IMG/VR virus record: IMGVR_UViG_3300025816_000009
Location: 1-64,000 of that record
DNA: 64,000 nucleotides
From: a virus
Reading direction: 5' to 3' (one strand)
Part shown: piece by piece, positions 50,978 through 60,838 of the stretch
Layout: each line of letters begins with the position of its first letter
Numbering within the stretch: position 1 is the stretch's first letter
Position numbers and translations under genes: made by a program
The notes under the pieces: generated by a model
Databases searched by the model: none
What the model saw: only the letters and a program-made list of their open reading frames with translations
Told to the model about the DNA's origin: nothing

Positions 50978-52714
50978 ATGGGCATTACTAGAATCAACAT
51001 ACCAAGCAAAGCACCGCTTCCGGACTTGTGGGAGAAAGTTCGTCCGGACTTCCCAATGCCATCTCCGAGGAAATATCAAGACGAAGTTCTCAACGTAATT
51101 TATTGGGCGCTTGAAAATGACGACTTCGATAACATAGTCATCCAAGCACCTACCGGAATCGGGAAGTCGGCAATCGCCATGACTGTTCAATCAAGATTTC
51201 AATCAGCATATCTTCTCGCCCCAAGTTTGGGATTGGCTCAACAATACAAAGATGATTACGGTCATGTTCTCAAAGAAGTTCGAGGCCGTTCCAATTTTCC
51301 TTGTTGGGTTCGTTCGGGTAATGCTGACGGAGCGCCTTGTCATGGTGTCAAGAAGTCCTGTCCTCACACGAAGCGGGAAGACCCTTGCCCGTACTACGAA
51401 CAAAAATACGCGGCTACTGATGCTCGCTTGACGCTCTCGAATCCGGCATATATGTTCAGAGTCATACAGGGCGACCCAAACTTCGACCAAAGAAAGTTCG
51501 CAATAATTGACGAGGCTCACAACATGGAATCCTTCTTCATGGATTTGATGGAAGTAAAAATAACGACAAGAGATTGGCAAATGATTCACGGCGCTCGTAC
51601 AGGTTTACCAATGGCTTACGCTCCCGAGGATTGGAAAACTCCGATGGAGAATCTTTTCAATGGCGCGAAGCGTTATCTCGAACTTGCGGAAAAGGATGAA
51701 GATGAGAAGGGTGTAGAAAATGGGCGCAAGTTATTGAGCCGATGTTCAACATTTTTGGAATTGCTAAAACAACCGAAGAGAGTTATTGTCGAAACCAAGA
51801 GCGACAGGAATGGGAAGTTCGTAGTTGCGAAGCCTATTCGTGTCAATAGTTTCGCGCTTGAACATCTCGAACGAATCAGCGAGAAAAGAATATTCCTTTC
51901 AGCGACAATTTTGAATTGTGAAACCTTCCTCAACAATCTCGGACTTGGGCATCAGAAAACTCTGTATGTTAATGTCAACAAATCTCCATTCAATCCGGAT
52001 AACTTCAATATCGTTTACGCTCCATGTGGTCCTATGTCTTGGAGCAAGCGTGATAATAGCGTCAAGAAACAAATCAAAGCGATAGCCGCAATCATGGATA
52101 GAAATACAGACAAGCGTGGAGTCGTTCTGCCTCACTCACATTATATCCGTGAGAAAATTGTTGATGGACTTCGCGACTTGGGTTATGGAGATAGGATTCT
52201 AACTCATGGTTCAGATGCGACAGGACGCAATATTGCGATTGACACTTTCTTCAAATCTCCGAGACAGGATTTAGTTCTCATCTCGACCTACGTCGGTGAG
52301 GGATTCGATTTCAAAGGCCGGCTTGCTGAATGGTTGGTCATTTGTAAGATTCCATTCCTTCCTGTCAAAGACCCTCAAATCGAATTGAGAATGAAAGAGG
52401 ACGAGCATTCATGGAGACGAGACAACGAAGGAACTCCGGCTTGTCCGTATGAAGAACCGAATAAATATTCAAACGGAATGTGTTCATCATTCAACTGCGC
52501 GAAACCTTGTCAGTCATGGTACAATCTCCAAACTGCTCTGAAACTTGTACAGGGCGCGGGACGAATTATTAGAAGTCAAGATGACAAAGGCGACCTGTAC
52601 ATCCTTGATGGGTCGTGGCAAAGGTGGGCGAGATGGAACAGTCATCTGTTGCCGTCATGGTTCAAAAACTCAATAAGAGAGATGAAGCCGTGGTTGAAGC
52701 GAGGGATTGCGTGA
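50978..52714 (+). CDS. XPD/Rad3/DinG-family SF2 helicase
   Basis: PRKYQ, QAPTGIGKS, four-Cys FeS region, IIDEAH, LSAT, EGFDF, QGAGRIIRS. Confidence 0.9.
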   Translation: MGITRINIPSKAPLPDLWEKVRPDFPMPSPRKYQDEVLNVIYWALENDDFDNIVIQAPTGIGKSAIAMTVQSRFQSAYLLAPSLGLAQQYKDDYGHVLKEVRGRSNFPCWVRSGNADGAPCHGVKKSCPHTKREDPCPYYEQKYAATDARLTLSNPAYMFRVIQGDPNFDQRKFAIIDEAHNMESFFMDLMEVKITTRDWQMIHGARTGLPMAYAPEDWKTPMENLFNGAKRYLELAEKDEDEKGVENGRKLLSRCSTFLELLKQPKRVIVETKSDRNGKFVVAKPIRVNSFALEHLERISEKRIFLSATILNCETFLNNLGLGHQKTLYVNVNKSPFNPDNFNIVYAPCGPMSWSKRDNSVKKQIKAIAAIMDRNTDKRGVVLPHSHYIREKIVDGLRDLGYGDRILTHGSDATGRNIAIDTFFKSPRQDLVLISTYVGEGFDFKGRLAEWLVICKIPFLPVKDPQIELRMKEDEHSWRRDNEGTPACPYEEPNKYSNGMCSSFNCAKPCQSWYNLQTALKLVQGAGRIIRSQDDKGDLYILDGSWQRWARWNSHLLPSWFKNSIREMKPWLKRGIA

Positions 52715-52998
52715 AAGAATTACCCGAGTTCGTTCTTGCTCCGAAGCACAAGTTTGAAATGAATGGCGAGACTATTGACATCCCCTCAAGAAAAGTTCGA
52801 GTTTACGGTTATGCAAATTGGCCGTCATGTCCGAATTGTAAAAGAGAAGGACCTATGGATGGCTTTCTTCTCAAGCCCGAGGAATGGCCGAACGCTGTAA
52901 TCATTTGCGGTGAACATCCGGGTTGCGGAATATTTTGGTGTCAGATTGGAGTTCCGCCCCAAGACCATACTTGGACGTATATCGAAAGTAATGGTTGA
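52711..52998 (+). CDS. Small Zn-ribbon protein
   Basis: GTGA overlap; CPNC...CGEHPGC. Confidence 0.5.
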   Translation: MKELPEFVLAPKHKFEMNGETIDIPSRKVRVYGYANWPSCPNCKREGPMDGFLLKPEEWPNAVIICGEHPGCGIFWCQIGVPPQDHTWTYIESNG

Positions 52999-52999
52999 C

Positions 53000-53234
53000 G
53001 GGCATGAAGTTTCAAACGGCACAAGAAACTGCTTTTTATGAGTCCGCCTCTCTCTTCCTTGTGTTGTTCCATTATTCCAATCATGCCCTGTGAGTAAGAT
53101 AGAAAGGCCGCTCCCAAATCGTCCGTTCGTTCGGGAACGCCTTTCGGCGAGAGAAGATTTCTGTCCTTCCAAGACCCCTGCGGTGGCGGTTCTGCCTCGT
53201 GCTTGAAGGGCGGTGTCGGAGTGGCTTTCTTCTC
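53000..53234 (-). ncRNA. Putative structured ncRNA K (two domains)
   Basis: G at TATA+30; AGAAAG-CC/GGCCUUUCU closing stem; CGCC-GAAA-GGCG; second domain closed by GGGCAUGA/UCAUGCCC. Confidence 0.6.
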
Positions 53235-53258
53235 TGTACTGTCGTAGGCACTTCCGGC

Positions 53259-53310
53259 TATAAAGGTTTCGGTTTATCAATGTCTCATTCTATCAATAAA
53301 AAGACTTATA
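53259..53310. promoter_or_regulatory. Bidirectional ATTGA-repeat promoter cassette (inverted)
   Basis: tataaaggtttcggtttatcaatgtctcattctatcaataaaaagacttata. Confidence 0.75.
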
Positions 53311-53334
53311 AACAGACACCTATAGGGTCAAACA

Positions 53335-53534
53335 GCGAAAGTGGGTACGCCACCCACACAACAGAGGTTGTAAAATATTCATGTTGGGCAGTTCGCCGTC
53401 AGAAGACTGACGTTAAACAACGAGGAAGTACACGGCAGACCCCGGGCGAGGGGAAGTGGCAGAGGGTAGGGGCTGTCGCAACACGGATTACACGGATTCG
53501 TGATAGTAGGTAGGGGCTATCACACACGACTTTC
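53335..53534 (+). ncRNA. Putative structured ncRNA L
   Basis: G at TATA+30; GAAAGU/ACUUUC ends; hairpins GUGGGU/ACCCAC, CGUCAG-AAGA-CUGACG, GUGAUAG/CUAUCAC. Confidence 0.6.
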
Positions 53535-53563
53535 TTATTAACGTGGGAATGTCCCATTTCAAT

Positions 53564-55537
53564 ATGGACGGCGAAGTTAGGCAATCAGCGGACAGTGCAA
53601 CAAGATTTGATGTGGTGGTTGAAGGACTCGAATGTTCACTGACATTTTTATCAGCCGCAAAAGGTAGAATGGACTTCGCGCTTGAGATTGACGGTACACC
53701 GAAGGGTAAGATAAATGTCCTATCTCAACACTCACTTAGCCGGCTTGACAGTGGTTTAGAGGGTGATGCAAAAAAGAATTGGGCTAACAGAATGTTGGCT
53801 GTCGGAATTATTCTGAAAGATGGAACATATATTCCCGCTCCGATTGAGAAGCGAGAACTTGTTGAAGCATCAACTTACCACGGTGAGGATTCAACTCTTG
53901 GGGCTATTGACGCCGATACGATTGAAGAGTTCCTAAAGAAAGAGGATTTGATTGACCGAGTGAATGAGATTCTACACGAATCAAGAGGAACACCTTTTGT
54001 CGGTGATGATGCGAACTTGCTTCTCACGTTCTTAGTTATGTTGTCATGCAAAACCGGAAGTCCACTGAATCTTGAGATGATTGGTCAGTCAGCGTCCGGA
54101 AAAACATACATGACTCTAACTGCTAGGAACGGTTTTCCTAAGTCGATGGTTATGGTTCTAGCCGGTGCATCTCGTGAAGCATTGAAGTACGATTATGATG
54201 AAGTCGATGAAGACGGGAACTTCATTGTGAAAGTCGATGGTAAATGTATTGTCGTTCTTGAGAAAGATGAATCAGAACCTTTCATTAGAAAGATGAAACC
54301 ATTAATGTCCGGCGACGATTCAGAATTGGTTTGGAAAACTCCAATCAAAAATGAACTGACAGGAGAGATTGAGACAAGAGATTTCATTATTAGAGGTCAA
54401 CCAAGTTTCATAACGCTAACCACTAGAAATCCTAGGGAACAAGAACAAATCACAAGACAACTTCTGATGACTCCGGATATTACAAGCGAGAAAGTCGGAA
54501 TGGTTGTTGAGAATCAATTACTCTCCAAAGCAAGACCCGAACAATTCAACGTCCATCCCGATGTGAAATTATTACAAGCGTCAATGCTGTCATTGAAAAA
54601 TTACAAAGTTAGGAACATATTCGCTCCTATAATGTCGGACTTCTTCCCTGCTAAGAACGCTCAACATCAAAGAGACATAGCAAAAGTTCTGTCAATAATT
54701 GATTCAATCACTTTGTTGCATCAACATCAACGCCCGGTTGAAGTTTTCAACGATACAGAATATCTGTTGTCTTCTGTTGAAGATAATGTGTACGGATTAA
54801 TCCTTGCCGACTTGGTATTGAGAGCGAGCCTGTCGGGTGTACCGGATGGTTCGTGGGTTATCTTCACCGAGATGACTGCGATGGAACAATCGAAAAGACC
54901 ACTCTCCGCTGACAATATTCTTCAATGGCTACACATCAATGCGTTCGCCTGCACCAAGAATGCTTTGCTCGAAAAACATTTGCCGACTTTAGAAGATGCC
55001 GGCTTGATAGAAGTAAAAGCAAGAGGTGGTGGCCGAGGCGGTGGGAGAAAGACATGGCGCTTGGTGAAGACCCGTAGCGGTTTAATGGAGACATATGCCT
55101 TAACACCCCTATTCATTGAACACGCACGAAAAGCAATCCCTGTAATCCTCGAGGACTTCGCTGACGTGATTACTAGAGCAGGCAAACCCGCAAAGTTCAG
55201 ACAGATAGATAAGAACGAAAAAGCAATTCTGAAATCGCTTGGATGTAAATCAAAGAAAGATTCGCAGGTTTGGCGAAGTTTGTTATTACCAAATTACATG
55301 AGAAAATCAAATCGAGATAGAATGCTTTGGGACATTATTGGCGTCAATAGGTCAAGAGACTCAATGTTCTCCGGCACAAGTTGGCTTGACCAAACCAAGA
55401 AATCAACTGCGACTGAAAAGTTAGAAGCGCAAAAGTCTGTCAGAGAAACTATCAAGAAAGTGCAAATATCAGAGCATTCGAATGAAGGATGGGAATCCTT
55501 GGCTGAATTATACATTGATGAATATGAAGATTCTTGA
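53564..55537 (+). CDS. MCM-like AAA+ ATPase/helicase with C-terminal wHTH
   Basis: GQSASGKT Walker A, VVLEKDE, ITLTT, QITR (Arg finger), QRD sensor-2-like, LEDAGLIEV wHTH. Confidence 0.6.
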   Translation: MDGEVRQSADSATRFDVVVEGLECSLTFLSAAKGRMDFALEIDGTPKGKINVLSQHSLSRLDSGLEGDAKKNWANRMLAVGIILKDGTYIPAPIEKRELVEASTYHGEDSTLGAIDADTIEEFLKKEDLIDRVNEILHESRGTPFVGDDANLLLTFLVMLSCKTGSPLNLEMIGQSASGKTYMTLTARNGFPKSMVMVLAGASREALKYDYDEVDEDGNFIVKVDGKCIVVLEKDESEPFIRKMKPLMSGDDSELVWKTPIKNELTGEIETRDFIIRGQPSFITLTTRNPREQEQITRQLLMTPDITSEKVGMVVENQLLSKARPEQFNVHPDVKLLQASMLSLKNYKVRNIFAPIMSDFFPAKNAQHQRDIAKVLSIIDSITLLHQHQRPVEVFNDTEYLLSSVEDNVYGLILADLVLRASLSGVPDGSWVIFTEMTAMEQSKRPLSADNILQWLHINAFACTKNALLEKHLPTLEDAGLIEVKARGGGRGGGRKTWRLVKTRSGLMETYALTPLFIEHARKAIPVILEDFADVITRAGKPAKFRQIDKNEKAILKSLGCKSKKDSQVWRSLLLPNYMRKSNRDRMLWDIIGVNRSRDSMFSGTSWLDQTKKSTATEKLEAQKSVRETIKKVQISEHSNEGWESLAELYIDEYEDS

Positions 55538-55579
55538 ACACACCCTGTCCTTTATATTGGTGGGGAATGAGGGTACGAT

Positions 55580-56767
55580 ATGAGCAAATCTCAAACTGCA
55601 TTACCCAAGATAGCAAAGAAACGCCTCGCACCATATATTGAGCGCGGCATAGTGAACGGCATTTTTACCGACGGAAAACCCGTCGCTGAAATGTATCAGA
55701 GAAAAGCGAACGACCCTTCGTTGTCGCAAACCATCTCTGAACTCGGCGGAGCATCATCCGAACCGGCGCAACAATTCATAACCGAAACTGTATTAGTGGA
55801 TTTATCCGCAATCCTTCGTCAGAAGAGATACACCGGACACCTAGATATATGGGAAGTAAATCACCGAATCGTTGGTGTGGCTTCCGGAAATCCTCGCCCT
55901 GTATGTTTCATCATGGGACAGGCAGTAGTTGAAGATGACGATGTTGAATCAGAACCTTCATTATTCAGACTTTCACTTTGGGACGCAGACGCTTCTCTAG
56001 CAGATGACGTTGAAAGAGATGGAAAATATTCTCTAGCAATAACCTGCAAGAATCTTGACGCAGATATTCTTGACCTTCGACCAATGCAAGGTCTTGCTTC
56101 ATTCGCTCAAGAAGAATACGAACATGGCGACCGTCAAGAATTACTCAAAGGATTATTCGACATAACAGATATTGCGGACTTGGAAGACAATCTTTCAGTC
56201 GGAAACAACGACTTCCGTCTTATCGAAGCATCAGTATCTTACGCCGGAGTTCAAAACTCTCGTGCCGGAAATCAATTCGGAAAAATGCTACTGAAAGACG
56301 ACTCAACTATGACCATGGATGCAATTGAATCCGGTGAGAATCTACTTCTCAACTGTATGTGTTCAACTGCAATCGCTACACGATTCGGAAAATACTCAAA
56401 AATATTGGCTCTAGTATCTGTAAAGTCATCCAATGACTACGGATTATCAGCAAACATGGAATGTGCAATCGGTCTAGTGGTTGTTTCTCCACCCGAACCC
56501 GAGACACCGAAAGGTGGCGATGACGACGATGATGATGCGGCGTCATATTTCAAAACGAATGTCCCGACAATAACTGACGATGATGACGACGAAGAAGATG
56601 TGGCTTCTGAAACACCAACTGAAACTACTGCAATAGTTGAAGATTCCACGGCAGAGGAAACAGAAGAAGTTGTCGAGACACCTACTCCAAAGAAGGCTGA
56701 AAAAGCCGCTGAAAAAGCCGCTGAACCCGCTACAGATGGCGACGATGATTGGGACGATTGGGACTGA
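55580..56767 (+). CDS. RPA/SSB-like OB-fold protein with acidic tail
   Basis: RLSLWD, LLKDDS OB-fold-like strands; acidic DDDWDDWD C-terminus; within the replication block. Confidence 0.55.
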   Translation: MSKSQTALPKIAKKRLAPYIERGIVNGIFTDGKPVAEMYQRKANDPSLSQTISELGGASSEPAQQFITETVLVDLSAILRQKRYTGHLDIWEVNHRIVGVASGNPRPVCFIMGQAVVEDDDVESEPSLFRLSLWDADASLADDVERDGKYSLAITCKNLDADILDLRPMQGLASFAQEEYEHGDRQELLKGLFDITDIADLEDNLSVGNNDFRLIEASVSYAGVQNSRAGNQFGKMLLKDDSTMTMDAIESGENLLLNCMCSTAIATRFGKYSKILALVSVKSSNDYGLSANMECAIGLVVVSPPEPETPKGGDDDDDDAASYFKTNVPTITDDDDDEEDVASETPTETTAIVEDSTAEETEEVVETPTPKKAEKAAEKAAEPATDGDDDWDDWD

Positions 56768-56805
56768 TTGGAGTCGCTTAAATAGGTGGTAAATGAGGGA
56801 TTGAT

Positions 56806-57696
56806 ATGGCTAAGAAGAAGAAGACTGATTATTCAGCATTAATAGCAACGGCAGATACGGGAACATCAATGGCGGAGAGCAAACCACTTCGTCATATGAA
56901 ATTACAGGCATTTCCGGGCGGTGGAAAATCACACTTCTCTCTGTCCTTTTTCGACCATGAAATGAAAACTGCCGGCTTGAAACCGGAAGAAGGATTGATG
57001 ACTATTATTGATTGTGATTTAGAAGGCCAAAGAGATTTGGTTGCTCGAGATGACATACTATCTCCGGAACTTCGCCCACGACTTTACAGAAAAGTTTGCC
57101 GAACACCCGAAGAAGTAAACCAAATGGTTCTAGCATTTATCGACTTGCACCGACAACACGCCGAAGAACATCCGGATGGCGTCCGTGTAATGTGTATGGA
57201 AAATGAAGGCGCGTATTATCTCGCTTGTCGTGATTATTACTCGATTGAAGTTCATGGAAAATCAGAGGCAGAACAATTACTATCTCGACAGGCTCAAGCA
57301 ATTTCAGAAGGGAAGAAAACTCTCCCTATGTTTGCCGAAGGTCAAATGCACTCTTACAAAGTTATTAACAAAATGTTCTTTCAACCATACGAGAGATTGA
57401 AGGTTGGTGCGGAGATTTACAAATATCATTTCATCTCCACCGTTCTTTTGAAATCTTACACCGAAGGATATGGAACTGCAAATGAGAATCGTGTAGTCGC
57501 CGCGGCCGGACGTGCTGATTTGACAGACCCTTTGTTTGATTGGATTATAGAATTGACTCAACAACAGAGGACAGTGAAGGGCGAATTAAAGACGCGCCAC
57601 GTATCTGAAATCAGAAAATCAAGAACTTGTAAACCGTTCAGAATAGAGAACCCAACACAAGAGAAGTTTTGGAATGCCGTAAAAAAGCAATCCTAA
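56806..57696 (+). CDS. P-loop ATPase (RecA/Sak4-like recombination protein)
   Basis: AFPGGGKS, IIDCDLEG; sits between SSB and nuclease. Confidence 0.55.
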   Translation: MAKKKKTDYSALIATADTGTSMAESKPLRHMKLQAFPGGGKSHFSLSFFDHEMKTAGLKPEEGLMTIIDCDLEGQRDLVARDDILSPELRPRLYRKVCRTPEEVNQMVLAFIDLHRQHAEEHPDGVRVMCMENEGAYYLACRDYYSIEVHGKSEAEQLLSRQAQAISEGKKTLPMFAEGQMHSYKVINKMFFQPYERLKVGAEIYKYHFISTVLLKSYTEGYGTANENRVVAAAGRADLTDPLFDWIIELTQQQRTVKGELKTRHVSEIRKSRTCKPFRIENPTQEKFWNAVKKQS

Positions 57697-57756
57697 ACAT
57701 CTCCGTTAGCGAGTTCTTCAAATAGGTGGCTAACAGCGAAAGGAATGTGAACAAAC

Positions 57757-58956
57757 ATGAAAGTCCCGTACTTATCCGCATCCCGTTTGAAGACTGCACA
57801 AGATTGTCAACTATCTTACAAACTTCGTTATGACCCACCAAATGAAGAAGCAGTTCAAGTAAAATGGGCTAACGAACATCGCGACAATCTCGGACCTGCT
57901 CGTCTTGGCGGTAATATTCACAACGCTCTCGAAGAGTGGAGAAGACCAAATCCAAAGACAGGAAAAGTCAGACGCCCACGTCTTGACAAACTGCTAGAAC
58001 TTTACGACGCTGAATGCGCCAAAGCGGAAATTGATTTCGACCTCTATGAAGATGGAGTGAAAATGTTGACACGTTGGTTTCAGAAGAGAGGAACTGCACC
58101 TGTCAAAGTTCTTCACGTCGAGCAACAATTCGGTTCTCATAGAGCGCCGTACATTTTGTCAAATGGAGTTCCCGTCTTTGGGTTCATTGATTTGACGCTT
58201 GAGATTGACGAGAACACAATCGAACTTGTTGATTACAAAACTCAACGAGCGCCAATCAAACAAGAGGAAGCAGATTCAAATGTACAGGCGGGAATGTATC
58301 TTTCAGTCGCTAAGGAATTATGGCCGGATAAGGATATTATATTCACTTTCGATTTGACTCGTTATGGAACTGTTTCAACTCGTTGGTCAGATGAAAAGAT
58401 TGACACTTTCAAAGCATTCTTGAAAACCAAATGGGAATGGATTAATTCAATTGAAGAACCAAAGGCAACAATCGGACCTGCCTGTAAATGGTGTGCGTTT
58501 ACTGAAATCTGTCCGAAGGCTCAAAAACTTGTTCAGATGGGAGCGTGGGATATTGTTGTCGGAGCAACACCCGTTGATGATGACCCCGATGAAATGTTAG
58601 ACCAACTTCAAGGAATCAAGGCGGCTCAAGCAATTCTCACAAAGAAAAAGAAAGCAATCGAAGACCACATCAAGAATGAGTGGTTCGATAGACACGCCGC
58701 CGTAGGAGAAAATACTAGGATTACAGAGAAGTATGCGGTGAAGTGGGAAGATAGGAAAAACAAGAAGTATCTTCCACACGAAGTTCAGCGATTAGTACCG
58801 GCCGGAGTTTACGGACAAATGTCAACTTTGTCAAATACAAATGTTGAACGGTTGTTGCCTGTTTTACCCGAGGATGTGCAAAAAGCCATCAGAGACACCG
58901 CAATATCTAAACCATTCAAAGCATTGACTATTCGTAAGAGACAAGATGCCAACTGA
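57757..58956 (+). CDS. PD-(D/E)XK Cas4/RecB-like exonuclease
   Basis: LSASRL...C, GxxIH, GFID...LVDYKT, QxxxY, CKWCAFTEIC. Confidence 0.85.
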   Translation: MKVPYLSASRLKTAQDCQLSYKLRYDPPNEEAVQVKWANEHRDNLGPARLGGNIHNALEEWRRPNPKTGKVRRPRLDKLLELYDAECAKAEIDFDLYEDGVKMLTRWFQKRGTAPVKVLHVEQQFGSHRAPYILSNGVPVFGFIDLTLEIDENTIELVDYKTQRAPIKQEEADSNVQAGMYLSVAKELWPDKDIIFTFDLTRYGTVSTRWSDEKIDTFKAFLKTKWEWINSIEEPKATIGPACKWCAFTEICPKAQKLVQMGAWDIVVGATPVDDDPDEMLDQLQGIKAAQAILTKKKKAIEDHIKNEWFDRHAAVGENTRITEKYAVKWEDRKNKKYLPHEVQRLVPAGVYGQMSTLSNTNVERLLPVLPEDVQKAIRDTAISKPFKALTIRKRQDAN

Positions 58957-59278
58957 TGAAAATAACAGAGAAGTTCCATCATCAAAGTACGGCAAGCGCC
59001 AATTCGGACGCATGGGCAAGACCGATGGCCGCAACGTAAAACGCCTTCATCGAGCCATGTTAAAAGCAGGCGCGGGGCATCCATCCGGGACGGCATTGAC
59101 TACAGGTCAGATTGTACAATTAGATGACCAACCATTTGAAATGCACCGTCTCACAAATCATCTCGCCAAGAAACCACATCTGTTCAAATGTGTAGGAACT
59201 GAAAGAGTCGCCGGAATTGATGGTCGAACTCGATACCCTCAAAAGTTGTGGCTTGCTAGGGAAGATGCCTACGAATAA
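58946..59278 (+). CDS. Winged-HTH-like protein
   Basis: ALTTGQIV...MHRLTNHLAKKPHLFKCVG...KLWLA. Confidence 0.5.
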   Translation: MPTDENNREVPSSKYGKRQFGRMGKTDGRNVKRLHRAMLKAGAGHPSGTALTTGQIVQLDDQPFEMHRLTNHLAKKPHLFKCVGTERVAGIDGRTRYPQKLWLAREDAYE

Positions 59279-59589
59279 TATTGACGTCAATACCTTGACT
59301 ACCAAGACTTCCTATAGGCTCTGTATTTTTACTCCTTATAGAACGACGCCGTTTTGAAGCCAAAATAAATGTGCGCTTGCGGCTCAAAAACGCACTTTTT
59401 TTCTAGTGCAAAAAGTGTGCAAAAGTTCGATTAAAAAGAAACTATTTCCGGGCTATTGGTGTCAATATTCTGACACTACTTAACCTGTGCAAAATATCGC
59501 AAGTTTTTTTCTCAATATTATCCCCAATATACCCACATATTGACGTCAATATATTCGAAAATGTAAAGGAAGTAGGGAAAACGATGTCT

Positions 59590-59618
59590 TTTCATTGATA
59601 AAACCAAAACATTGATAA
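59590..59618 (+). promoter_or_regulatory. Truncated ATTGA-repeat cassette
   Basis: tttcattgataaaaccaaaacattgataa followed by gggggaagacataggacgaaacATG. Confidence 0.5.
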
Positions 59619-59640
59619 GGGGGAAGACATAGGACGAAAC

Positions 59641-59748
59641 ATGGAGATAAGTCCTAGTTTGATAGGACCAATCGTGGTATTGTTGCCACCTTTGGGAATG
59701 ATAGTAGTCGGGTTGTTAATGACCGGAATGTTGACCGTTCGTCGGTAA
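59641..59748 (+). CDS. 35-aa single-TM peptide
   Basis: MEISPSLIGPIVVLLPPLGMIVVGLLMTGMLTVRR; leaderless, behind a cassette-type initiator. Confidence 0.45.
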   Translation: MEISPSLIGPIVVLLPPLGMIVVGLLMTGMLTVRR

Positions 59749-59792
59749 ATATACACCATTCATTTCATAAAGGTGTGGAACGACGAAGAACT

Positions 59793-60593
59793 ATGACCTT
59801 AACGCCGAATAGCAACGTGAGCAGAACGGGAATCGTTCGTGCCGAATCATCATCTCTGTCAACCGCACTTCGTCGAGCAGTTCTCGACAATCCTTCAAAT
59901 CCTGTGAAAGCATTATTCACCGAAGAAGGATTGAGTATTTGGACTCACGATATTGCTAAGACAGTTCAACTGATAATGACCAATGCAACAATTGGCGGCT
60001 TGAAGGTAAAGAATCCTGTCATCATGTTGCTCGACCCGGAATCAATGGCTTCACTTTTAGATACTAAGTTCCCCGGTGAAATGGTCAAACTTGAATGCAA
60101 ACCAAACTCTCCAATTACCGTTTCATCTCGAAGCGGTGGAAATGTTGTTTATCATCCGGCTGATGAAGATGATTGTTTCGTCGTTCCCGACCATTGGATT
60201 ATGCCGAAAGATTCTGACGGTTGGTTTACAATTCCAATGAAGAATGGAGAAAAATGTACAACAAGAGTCGTACTTTCGAAACAAGAAATGCAAAACGGAA
60301 TAGTTGACATGACTGTCGCCGGCGCTCCTTACGTTTCATTCGACTTCAATCAGAATGGTTCGACCTGCGAATCCGGACATTGGGGTTCAAAGACCAATCG
60401 TTCTATGACGCCGATTAATGCAACAGTCGAAGGACCTGCAATATCACTAAACTTCACCGAGAATCTTGGTGGAATCCTCGGTCGGCTTGACGGTGAGAAT
60501 TACGTTGTTCAGAAACATTCAGCGACTCCGTTCACAATTATTGAAAGTGGTTCGACTGTTGTCGTTGCTACAGAAGCGCAACGTGAGGGATGA
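59793..60593 (+). CDS. PCNA-like sliding clamp
   Basis: 266 aa, two-domain alpha/beta pattern (ALFTEEGLSIWTHD...), close to primase and RFC. Confidence 0.55.
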   Translation: MTLTPNSNVSRTGIVRAESSSLSTALRRAVLDNPSNPVKALFTEEGLSIWTHDIAKTVQLIMTNATIGGLKVKNPVIMLLDPESMASLLDTKFPGEMVKLECKPNSPITVSSRSGGNVVYHPADEDDCFVVPDHWIMPKDSDGWFTIPMKNGEKCTTRVVLSKQEMQNGIVDMTVAGAPYVSFDFNQNGSTCESGHWGSKTNRSMTPINATVEGPAISLNFTENLGGILGRLDGENYVVQKHSATPFTIIESGSTVVVATEAQREG

Positions 60594-60838
60594 TAATGTA
60601 CGACCCGAATCATGGATTATATCAACGAGTGAAAGCAGAATCAGCGCTTGGTATTGACGAGGAAACTCGCGACCAAATTATGACTGCCGTCAAACTTGAC
60701 TTACTTCTTGCTCATGCGGGAATCACTGACGATAAAATCGAATTGGCTTATGACGCCGCATTGAAAAATCAATTGGCTGATGTCAGAGATGCTTTCGAAG
60801 CCCTCGTCGGGAAGGACGAGGATTTGGATGAGATTTGA
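60590..60838 (+). CDS. Hypothetical protein
   Basis: ATGA overlap. Confidence 0.55.
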   Translation: MIMYDPNHGLYQRVKAESALGIDEETRDQIMTAVKLDLLLAHAGITDDKIELAYDAALKNQLADVRDAFEALVGKDEDLDEI

